DNA of 64,000 nt from the NCBI GenBank assembly GCA_020048155.1, contig JAIFMY010000022.1:4356-68355 (forward strand). Reading direction: 5' to 3'. Numbering within the stretch: the stretch's first letter is position 1; each line of letters opens with the position of its first letter. Under the pieces are notes generated by a model. It was not told the DNA's origin. It worked only from the letters and a program-made list of their open reading frames with translations, and ran no database searches. Shown piece after piece: positions 19,401 to 26,752 of this stretch. The DNA comes from Bacteroidota bacterium. Its GTDB lineage: Bacteria > Bacteroidota > Bacteroidia > Bacteroidales > DYOH01. The position numbers were made by a program, and so were the translations under genes.

Positions 19401-19757
19401 ATCGAGAGCCATAGGTTCCCAAATCATCCATGCGCTGATGGCAGAGTTATTGCCTTCGAGTGTTGCTCCCATCAGGTGAGTGAAGAATTTTCGTCTTTCT
19501 GCAGTACTTACAGTATTATATTGCGATGAAAGTTCAGACAATTGTCTTGCCAATTGAAAAGTTTTATCAATCTCGTTAGAAATAAGTTTGGTCTGTGAGT
19601 TGGCAGTATTTATGAGTTCTGTAGATTGCCAACCCGAAGAAATATTATTGAGTATCAGCTCGCTATAAAAAACAATAAGCCCGAGTACAATAATAGCACC
19701 CGTACCAAAGAAGGTAAAAATAGCCAGGCTTATGGTTCGCAATCTGAGTTTCTTCAT
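16431..19757 (-). CDS. Membrane sensor with TM, dCache-like domain, TM, HAMP, GAF, coiled coil and about 4 PAS, and no recognisable output domain
   Basis: This 1108-aa protein is a paralog of the downstream 770-aa gene and shares the same HAMP/GAF core (AEYTVLSENDALGNALLNMR; RNWTNIGLSKF; IRYLEAIQGGIF; VPLKYDNNIVGVIEIA). Its stop overlaps the next ATG (ATGA at 16431..16434). Confidence 0.75.
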   Translation of the reverse strand: MKKLRLRTISLAIFTFFGTGAIIVLGLIVFYSELILNNISSGWQSTELINTANSQTKLISNEIDKTFQLARQLSELSSQYNTVSTAERRKFFTHLMGATLEGNNSAISAWMIWEPMALDSLDKQYVNPDEKNSGRFILSFYKYKNFVGQENINIDRENFLLQNDKYLTVRSLQREVIIEPTRYSYTGDVRDEVWCISVAVPIFSNGVFVGVVGYDIPINQLKQMIAGGNTVSESSSFIISDNGQIVAHHEDRNVNAQFGEMYRELNLKHKVIDKIPSGRQFTFVNELEFMQEQQQICVTPFLVGNTGKSWALISLVSAKSYKDLFQNQRFTFYILTFLGVLLAFFLSYLLSRRLVRPLMQINTLLEKVSNGDIFITKIPTIEASAELHLMLNYINKIIDGLRQTTSFAKEIGAGNLNAEYTVLSENDALGNALLNMRNELYQAEEQEKNRRQEDEIRNWTNIGLSKFSDLLRKDTNDISKLTHSIISQLIRYLEAIQGGIFLYQNENKRDPYLELVAAFAYNRKKYLQKQVKLKEGLVGMCAVEGDIIHLTNLPEDYLSITSGIGNTSPRNLLIVPLKYDNNIVGVIEIASLVEIADFKIRFVEKLAESIALTISSVLINQRTVLLLQQSKKQSEELASQEEEMRQNLEELQATQEESARKEFKMQGLILAIDNAAYTYEFNQFGSLIEISTNTLKLLGISREVLTGIHHPDFCEIEDFDEVSYFQFWNDLKAGIVKNVISRIKVSKENLYFKETYTPLYDTDGAFYKVMVIALNITTYKEIHQQLNHKTHELQITNFEMQNYFLQLVNLQTDSYINTAMYDAFMESLNDTVCVAIFDKGGTILQVNDILKKTYRINDDVLGKNLRNYTTITDSRDFENFWNELASGNMLSRDFELQFGDERLYMSEIYKPILDKNKNLLKILNLSWNKTSEIDTIKQFEQYKQEAERNEKQLIESLVLYKESVEFSNSELDGLDGIMNALGGNLLLTEYDLETNLISMSQPMMSLLELEEKDMKRKMHKDMAVIENYLKYHVLWSKIRTGITQQRVYRYEVKNKTFYFSEYYIPVLDKNEQVNRIVVVSFDITSYKVAEMNYKKAIEELRGNKTNGQ

Positions 19758-19877
19758 ATCAAATATAATTTGCTAAAATAAGTAATTGCAGGTTAAAATT
19801 ATCACAAATTCAGAATTTTGAAACATTTTTAGATAAAATTTGTAAATTAATCTCGTATGAGCGATTTCATAGACTTC

Positions 19878-20273
19878 CTAAACATTTGTTGAGTGCGCAT
19901 AATGCAGTATTATTTGTTGAATTTTGGTAAAAGCTTCCTGATCTTTTATTATAAATTCATTTATATTTTCTCTATTCAATTGGTAAATAGCTTCCAGATC
20001 ATTTTTAGCAGATAGAATGATGGTTCGAATGTTTTTATTGGTAGCCTTAATATCTTTCATAATCTCCAATCCGTTTCGGGCTGTATTTGAATGGTTGTTG
20101 AGATAATAGTCCATAATAACAAGCTGAGGGTTCAAGTGGAGATTGTTGAGGGCATCTTCACCATTCTGGAAAGGCACTATCTTAAACTCTTTCAATTCAG
20201 ATAAATAGTCTTTTAACATTTCCAGAAAAACCCAATCATCATCTACTATGAAAACGGTAAGTTTATCATTCAT
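19878..20273 (-). CDS. Stand-alone response-regulator receiver
   Basis: The motifs VFIVDDD, LVIMDYYL, ILSAK and IIKD are present. The gene starts 3 nt after the hybrid kinase stop. Confidence 0.85.
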   Translation of the reverse strand: MNDKLTVFIVDDDWVFLEMLKDYLSELKEFKIVPFQNGEDALNNLHLNPQLVIMDYYLNNHSNTARNGLEIMKDIKATNKNIRTIILSAKNDLEAIYQLNRENINEFIIKDQEAFTKIQQIILHYAHSTNV

Positions 20274-20276
20274 ACA

Positions 20277-22790
20277 TTACTTTATTTTAGTCCAGTCATC
20301 TATCAATCCTTCAAGCAGATGCGCTGCATGCATCCACATAATTTCAATATTACCGGCTTTTGCATTTACACTTAATCTAAATTGTTCGTTATCAATATTT
20401 TGTTCTATTTCAAGTGCGGATATGTGAATTTGCTTCATGCCCAAATAATTCATAGTACTTTTGATAGAGTGGGCAATAGTACGAACTTTTTTCCAATCAT
20501 TATTCACGCAAGCTTCCTTCAATCCATAGATTTGTAAAGGAATTTGCTCCAGATACAATCTCAGGATGTCAATCATTTTAACGTAATTGTGGTTGTATAA
20601 CGAAAGTAACATACTAAAATCGAAATCATTGGCAGTAAGAATACTGTTTGGAACATTTTCAGTACTATCTGCTATCGTAGTTTTCGGAATCCCTAAATTC
20701 AACTTATTACCTGAAAGCAATTTCTGAATTTCGGCATATAGTTCGTTTGGTATGAATGGTTTGGTGAAGTATGAATTCATTCCTATTTCCAGACATTTTT
20801 CGGCCTCATCTTTGAGCGCATGTGCAGTGAGAGCGATGATAGGAACTCTACATGCAGGTTCGTTTAAATGGTTTCGTATATATTTGGTGGCTTGCATGCC
20901 GTCCATTACTGGCATTCTAATGTCCATTATCACTATGTCTATTCTATTGGTTTGCATCATTTCTATCCCCTCTTTACCATTGTTGGCTATAAGAAAGACT
21001 AAGTTTTTGTCAAAAACCTGCAAACTATCAATAAGTAGCCGTTGATTTATAAGATTATCTTCAACCACTAGTACAGTATACTTATCAGAATTAATGGATT
21101 GAACTATAGACAGACCTTTGGGTATAACTTCGCTTTCGGAATTTCCCAATTTGAGTTCTATGATAAATGTAGTACCTAAGTTGGTTTTGGATTCTACATG
21201 CATTTCTCCCCCCAATCCTTCTATTAGGAATTTGGCAAGTGATAAACCAATACCCGTGCCAAGCGGATTGATGTATACACCGTTCTCAATTTTTCCGAAC
21301 TGGTTAAAAAGCATGCTAATTTTTTCTTCGGGAATGCCAATACCAGTATCTTTTATATAAAACTCAATTTTATTTTCTATACGCCTTCTTACCCCATATT
21401 CGATAAATCCCTTTGGAGTGTATTTTATTGCGTTAGATATGAGTATAAGCAATACTTGTTTTAGCCTAATATGGTCGGTAACAAAAGTATATCCTTCCGG
21501 AAATTCAATATTTACTTTTCGAAGTTCAACATTATTATTATTGCCAAATATTTTGATTTGGTTTTCGATAGAGACCTGCAAATCTTCGAAAAACTTACTC
21601 ATAACCACTGGCTTAGGGTTCAGGATGAGCTGCCCAGACTGAATTTTTGCAATGTCAATGATATCATTTATCAGAAAAAGCAAGTTGCGGGTGTTGCTGC
21701 TGATAAAGTCCAGATATTCTTCTTTCTGGTTTTCAATCAAATCTTTGGATTGAAGTAGTTTTGTGAATCCAATAATGGCATTAAGAGGCGTTTTTATTTC
21801 ATGGCTCATATTGGCCAGAAATATAGATTTTATGTGATCTGCTTCCTCGGCGCGCAATTTTGCAGTATTGAGGTTCTCTTCGAGCAGTTTTTGTTGTGTT
21901 ATATCTTGTATAATGCCTTGAACTTTGAAATTTTTCTGTTTCCCATTATTGTTGGATGCTATTAGCTTGGCATGTCTGATGCCGGCCAATGGATGATTTA
22001 TTACAAATTCGACTTCAAAATCCTTGTTATTGAGTATAGAATCATCGAAAGAAATAAAAATTCTTTGGGTATCGTCTTTAGAAAGATTCACAAAAAGATC
22101 CTTTATTGTAAATAAATCTATATCAGACTCTACACCTAATATATTTTGGGTTTCGTCGCTAGTTCTTATGGTTGCATTGCTTTCTATATATTCCCAGTGA
22201 CCTATTTTAGCAATGCGCTGTGCTTGCCGCAACCTTTCTGATGCCAACATGGCAGTCTCGTCCTTTATATATGCTATCAAACAATCAGACAAATATGAAC
22301 CAGCAAGCTTTAAAAAGTCGAGTATTAAATCGGGAATTATGTATGGTTTGGTGGAATGAACAATCTGTACAGCCCATATATGGTTCTCAACATAAATCGG
22401 AATATATACCTGATTGATTTTAACTTTTACCGAAACACCTTCATCTTTATTTATCCAGTTACTTACGAATGCAATTAAATATTTGTCAGTAAATACGTTG
22501 ACGAAAAATTTTTCAACAAAATTGCTAACCAATGGCGTATTTGAATGAAAATAGGCCAAATTAAAAGTATCGGTCACATATGTATGTTTACTAAAATATT
22601 GGTTGGAAGGATGATAAACCAATGAAACAGCTTCGGCATTACATTGTGAATTTATAATAGATAAATATTGATCAACTTTTTGCTGAATGGATAAATCGGA
22701 AGATAACAAAGTTGAAATTTCGATAAGAGCAGACCAAAGATTTGATATATTACCGCCGGATGATGAGTTATCTTGAAGATTTTTTTCCAT
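20277..22790 (-). CDS. Soluble hybrid sensor histidine kinase (N-terminal GAF-like region, PAS, HisKA, HATPase, REC, HPt)
   Basis: The protein has the H-box SHEIKTPLNAIIG and ATPase boxes (ISNAIKYTP, DTGIGI, GTGIGLS). The REC domain reads VLVVEDN…VIMDIRMPVMDG…TKP, and the C-terminal HPt reads HSIKSTMNYLG. I saw no TM segment. Confidence 0.9.
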   Translation of the reverse strand: MEKNLQDNSSSGGNISNLWSALIEISTLLSSDLSIQQKVDQYLSIINSQCNAEAVSLVYHPSNQYFSKHTYVTDTFNLAYFHSNTPLVSNFVEKFFVNVFTDKYLIAFVSNWINKDEGVSVKVKINQVYIPIYVENHIWAVQIVHSTKPYIIPDLILDFLKLAGSYLSDCLIAYIKDETAMLASERLRQAQRIAKIGHWEYIESNATIRTSDETQNILGVESDIDLFTIKDLFVNLSKDDTQRIFISFDDSILNNKDFEVEFVINHPLAGIRHAKLIASNNNGKQKNFKVQGIIQDITQQKLLEENLNTAKLRAEEADHIKSIFLANMSHEIKTPLNAIIGFTKLLQSKDLIENQKEEYLDFISSNTRNLLFLINDIIDIAKIQSGQLILNPKPVVMSKFFEDLQVSIENQIKIFGNNNNVELRKVNIEFPEGYTFVTDHIRLKQVLLILISNAIKYTPKGFIEYGVRRRIENKIEFYIKDTGIGIPEEKISMLFNQFGKIENGVYINPLGTGIGLSLAKFLIEGLGGEMHVESKTNLGTTFIIELKLGNSESEVIPKGLSIVQSINSDKYTVLVVEDNLINQRLLIDSLQVFDKNLVFLIANNGKEGIEMMQTNRIDIVIMDIRMPVMDGMQATKYIRNHLNEPACRVPIIALTAHALKDEAEKCLEIGMNSYFTKPFIPNELYAEIQKLLSGNKLNLGIPKTTIADSTENVPNSILTANDFDFSMLLSLYNHNYVKMIDILRLYLEQIPLQIYGLKEACVNNDWKKVRTIAHSIKSTMNYLGMKQIHISALEIEQNIDNEQFRLSVNAKAGNIEIMWMHAAHLLEGLIDDWTKIK

Positions 22791-22802
22791 GCTCAGCTCA
22801 AA

Positions 22803-25376
22803 TTAAAGATGCGCAAGATCGCATTTTATACCTATTACCAAAATATCATCCACCTGATCTCGGCTTCCCTTCCAATCTGTGTAGGACTGATGTAATATGT
22901 TTTTTTGTTCGTCGAAAGGTTTGAGATGTATATCTACCAAGAGTTCCTGCATTTTTTTTGCCATGAATTTTCGGTCTTTGGGTCCGCCAAACTGGTCGGC
23001 ATATCCATCTGAGTAAAGATAAATAACATCATCAGGCAAAAAAGTATCTTCTATACTATTGAACGACACCTCGTTCTGATGGTACACACCTATAGGCATG
23101 CGGTCAGCATCAAATTTAGTTAGCTCACCATTTCTTATCCGGTACATGCCATTATTGGCTCCTGAGAACTGAAGTGTACTGTTGCTTCTATCGAGTATCA
23201 CCATTGACATGTCCATTCCGTCTTTGGTTTCAGTACCCGTTTTATTCAATTGGTGCAAAGATTCTATCACCTTACGGCGCAACTCATTGAGCAGTTGGTC
23301 TGATTTAAAATTAGGGTTTACGGTGATAATTTCGTTGAGGAAAGAAATGCCAAGCATACTCATAAGAGCCCCAGGTACACCATGCCCAGTGCAATCTGCA
23401 GCAGCCACAATGATGCGCGAACCCACTTGTCGCGCCCAATAAAAGTCGCCACTCACAATATCACGTGGGTTGTAATAAATGAAAAACTGATTGATAGAGC
23501 CTTTTATAATTTCAAGTGGGGTAAGCAATGCTTGCTGTATGCGCGATGCATACTGAATACTATCAACAATTGCTTTTCTTTGTTCCGAAATTTTATCGCG
23601 CTGTTCAATCACATAATCGCGTTGTATTTCAATTTCATCACGCTGAGCTGTTATTTCTTCCTTTTGTTGCTCAAGCGCATGGTTCTGAAGGTTGATTTTA
23701 TCGTTTTGAAGTTGAATTTCATCGCGCTGCTTCTCAATTTCTTTTTTCTGAGCAAAAAGCAAAGCATTGTCGCGCTTTTTTTGTTGGTAGTTTTTGAATA
23801 TAAGAAAAGCAACAGCAATCATTAGCAGCAACCCAACCGAAACGGCATTTCTGATAAGTTTTTGTCTTTGCAATTCAGCTTGACTTTTTATATCTTTTTC
23901 GTGCTGCTCAAACTCAATCTGCTTTTGTTTTTGGTCGAATTGATACTGCATGGCCAGCTGAGTGATTGTCTTTGTCATTTCTTCGTTGTTGAGGCTATCA
24001 CGCATTTGCTGCGAAAGGGCCAACATATCAAATGCATTCTGATAATCGCCTGTAGCGGCATATGCCTGGCTCAGATGATAACTTGATTCTCGTTTTATAT
24101 CCATCAGTTTCATCTGATTTCCCATAGAAAGTGCTTGTTGCAGAATTATGATAGCATTTTTGAAGTCCTTCATTTTGTTGTATATACTGCCAATATTGTT
24201 GTATCCAACAGCCATTCCCTTTAAATCACCAATTTGTTCCATGAGTTGGGCCCCTACCCTATAGTTATTCAATGCATCGGCCGTTTTGTGCATGCGTTTA
24301 AAAACTTCGCCCAAATTGTATCTGGCGGAGGCTTCAATTTGTTTGATTCCAAATTGTGTGCTCATATCTAATGTTTTCTGAAAATAATTGAGCGCTTCAG
24401 CCAAGTGTGAAGTATCTTTGTCAGCCATTTTAAGGTAAACATTTCCGAGGTTGTTGTATATTTGGGTTATGCCTACCATATCCGAAAATTCTTCACGTAT
24501 TTTCAAACTTTTGAAATAATAATCGAGACTCGATTCGTAATTTTCTTGTTTCAGGTGAATATTGCCAACATTGTTCAGTGTAGTAGCCATGCCGGCTATA
24601 TCGCTAATTTCTTCGCTTATACGCAAGCTTCGCAGATAAAAATCAAGTGCTTTGTCGTATCCACCTTGTTTTTCGAAAATATTTCCAAGGTCGTTATATA
24701 CAAAGCCTATTCCCCTTTTCTCGCCAATTTCTTCAAAAAGAACGAGAGCCTTGTTTAGTTTTTCGAGAGCAGTGGTATAATCTCCCTTATTTAGGTGTAC
24801 CGTGCTGATGGTATAAAGTGAATACCCAATCCATTTTTTGTCACCCAGTTCTTCGTTTATGCGCAGCGAACGTTCGTAGTAATCGAGGGTTTTTGTAAAA
24901 TCGCTGAAATTAAGATAGATATTTCCAAGATTGTTATAAGATGACGCCAGACCTTCTTTATTTTCTCTATTGTCAGGCTCGTCTTCTACAATCTTCAATC
25001 TGATTTCAATGCTTTCTTCAAAACTTTTAATCGAATTATCGGCATCGAAACTATTGAGATAATGAATACCGATGGCATGCAATGCCCGGGCTTTTGCAGC
25101 AGGCATGGCATCTGGTGAAGATAAAATCTCGTTTACAAGAGCTTCGGTTTGGTCACTCCTCTGAAGTGCAAGTTCATATGCGTAGTCCGCTTTCAGCCTC
25201 ATTTGCTCAGATTTGTTGCTGGTTTTGAGGATGAGCGATTTCAATGAGTCAGCTTTGTTTTGTGCAAAAACTGAATTGCATAAAACTGTGATCAGCAGTA
25301 CTATATATATATGTTTGAATGACTTCATTCTTAAATGTTTATTTACTGATTTTTTTTTGCATATAAAACTAATCAT
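22803..25376 (-). CDS. Periplasmic TPR sensor, TM, long heptad helix and SpoIIE/PP2C phosphatase
   Basis: The 857-aa protein has a signal peptide (…NSVFAQNK), many TPR-like repeats (YNNLGNIY…) and a TM segment (AVSVGLLLMIAVAFLIF). PP2C motifs VSGDFYW, DCTGHGVPGA, SDGYADQFGG and QVDDILVIG are present. An alternative start at 25328 is possible. Confidence 0.85.
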   Translation of the reverse strand: MISFICKKKSVNKHLRMKSFKHIYIVLLITVLCNSVFAQNKADSLKSLILKTSNKSEQMRLKADYAYELALQRSDQTEALVNEILSSPDAMPAAKARALHAIGIHYLNSFDADNSIKSFEESIEIRLKIVEDEPDNRENKEGLASSYNNLGNIYLNFSDFTKTLDYYERSLRINEELGDKKWIGYSLYTISTVHLNKGDYTTALEKLNKALVLFEEIGEKRGIGFVYNDLGNIFEKQGGYDKALDFYLRSLRISEEISDIAGMATTLNNVGNIHLKQENYESSLDYYFKSLKIREEFSDMVGITQIYNNLGNVYLKMADKDTSHLAEALNYFQKTLDMSTQFGIKQIEASARYNLGEVFKRMHKTADALNNYRVGAQLMEQIGDLKGMAVGYNNIGSIYNKMKDFKNAIIILQQALSMGNQMKLMDIKRESSYHLSQAYAATGDYQNAFDMLALSQQMRDSLNNEEMTKTITQLAMQYQFDQKQKQIEFEQHEKDIKSQAELQRQKLIRNAVSVGLLLMIAVAFLIFKNYQQKKRDNALLFAQKKEIEKQRDEIQLQNDKINLQNHALEQQKEEITAQRDEIEIQRDYVIEQRDKISEQRKAIVDSIQYASRIQQALLTPLEIIKGSINQFFIYYNPRDIVSGDFYWARQVGSRIIVAAADCTGHGVPGALMSMLGISFLNEIITVNPNFKSDQLLNELRRKVIESLHQLNKTGTETKDGMDMSMVILDRSNSTLQFSGANNGMYRIRNGELTKFDADRMPIGVYHQNEVSFNSIEDTFLPDDVIYLYSDGYADQFGGPKDRKFMAKKMQELLVDIHLKPFDEQKNILHQSYTDWKGSRDQVDDILVIGIKCDLAHL
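23553..23741 (-). repeat. 21-nt periodic coding repeat encoding 8 consecutive I-x-x-Q-(R/N/K)-(D/E)-x heptads
   Basis: The translation reads IEKQRDE IQLQNDK INLQNHA LEQQKEE ITAQRDE IEIQRDY VIEQRDK ISEQRKA and then IVDSIQY. On the plus strand the DNA shows recurring atcgcg(c/t)tg units. Confidence 0.8.
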
Positions 25377-25679
25377 TTACTAAGTTGAAGCCAAATTTAT
25401 GTTTAACTGGCAAGATATTCAAAATGAACATGAATAAGACTGCCAACAGACTTTGTCTACATGATAAAGCCAGATATTGCAATACTAATATAGACTTTAT
25501 TTTTTACTCTACACGAAATTGGATTTGAAAAGTCTAATGCAATTTTTTCATTTTGGGAAACGTGTGGGTTATGAACTCAATTATATGTTGTAATACAATT
25601 TTTATACCATAGCCCAGGTTAAATGTGAATCATATTTGCAAACCATACAAAAGGATGATTTTCGTCAAGCGATAATTGC

Positions 25680-26708
25680 TTATTGTATCTTTATATCACT
25701 TTCATTTTCAAGGACTTTACTTTTAATATTGGTAAGTTCGCTTCTAAGCAAATCAAGTTCCTTGTTGGTAATATCTATTACAAATTTCAATTTGCGGTGT
25801 CGCCCCAATTGTATAACCAATACGATGATTATAGAAATTATAGAAATAAATATGGTTACAGCCAGATATACTTTAAACTGAGAAATCAACTCATTGCGTT
25901 GCTCCACATTTTGTTTGGTAACGTTGAGTTGTCGTCTGAGTTCGTCTTCAAGTTGGTGTTTAGATGCTTTGAGGATTGAGTCGCTCACCACTTTCAGAGA
26001 ATCGTTGAATATTTGAACAGATTGAAGCTCCGATTGCGAAGTATCTGTTTGTAGCGCATTTTTTGATTTAGAATTTACTTCAGATTTTTGTAATTGATTG
26101 AGTTTGCTTTTATAAAACGCAATATTTTTTTCGTCTTTCTTTACTGTATATATTTCAATCATATCAATGTAGCAGAGTGTTAACAATTGCACATTATCTT
26201 CAAGTGGCAATAGCAGTTCTTCAGCAATTTTGTATTTCATTAGCGCATCTTCTGTACGTAAGATTTTGGAAAGTATGCGCCCGAGGTTAATAAGCCCGGC
26301 AGCCTGACTGTGAAATGCTTTGGCTTTGGACATAGCCTCGCAGGCTTTTTCAAGAGGTTCTATTGCATTTTCATGCTGTCCTAGGTCCACAAAAAGCAGG
26401 CTAAGTTCTTGGTTAACATCGTGCACGAGATAATTATTTTCTGCTTTATTTGCAGAATATGCAGATTTTTTGAGAAACTGAATGGCAAGCCCTCTCAGGT
26501 TTTTTGATTTGTAAATAATGGCTATATCCTTGTAATGATTGGCCGCCTTCTCGTAGGCATTATCTTGCAGACTAATTTCAGCTTTTTGGTTGAGTTGCTC
26601 AATTTGTTGCTTTTCCTCAAGAGTCAAAAAAACTGTTTGAGTATACGCCAGTGTACTATATTTTAAGATTAATATACTAAATATGAGTGCTTTTATTATA
26701 AATTTCAT
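25680..26708 (-). CDS. TPR, coiled-coil and TM protein, a sensor-only paralog of the TPR-PP2C proteins that lacks the phosphatase
   Basis: The 342-aa protein has a signal peptide, TPR-like repeats and one C-terminal TM segment (YLAVTIFISIISIIIVLVIQL). It ends in a ~40-aa cytoplasmic tail with no PP2C motifs. Confidence 0.7.
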   Translation of the reverse strand: MKFIIKALIFSILILKYSTLAYTQTVFLTLEEKQQIEQLNQKAEISLQDNAYEKAANHYKDIAIIYKSKNLRGLAIQFLKKSAYSANKAENNYLVHDVNQELSLLFVDLGQHENAIEPLEKACEAMSKAKAFHSQAAGLINLGRILSKILRTEDALMKYKIAEELLLPLEDNVQLLTLCYIDMIEIYTVKKDEKNIAFYKSKLNQLQKSEVNSKSKNALQTDTSQSELQSVQIFNDSLKVVSDSILKASKHQLEDELRRQLNVTKQNVEQRNELISQFKVYLAVTIFISIISIIIVLVIQLGRHRKLKFVIDITNKELDLLRSELTNIKSKVLENESDIKIQ

Positions 26709-26752
26709 TACCTATAGGTGCTTGAGTGATGAGTTAAAGATAGGACAGATTT

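Noticed and set aside
23553-23741. Periodic 21-nt DNA repeats in the PP2C linkers as a CRISPR-like or satellite array.
   Set aside because: They are in frame within long ORFs and encode a heptad coiled coil. There are no unique spacers, and the repeat units are imperfect at synonymous positions.
25377-25679. The spacer after the TPR-only gene as a decayed PP2C domain (pseudogene).
   Set aside because: The spacer is only 303 nt, whereas a PP2C domain needs roughly 600 nt or more. I found no remnants of the GDFYW, DCTGHG or DDIL motifs in any minus-strand frame that I read.
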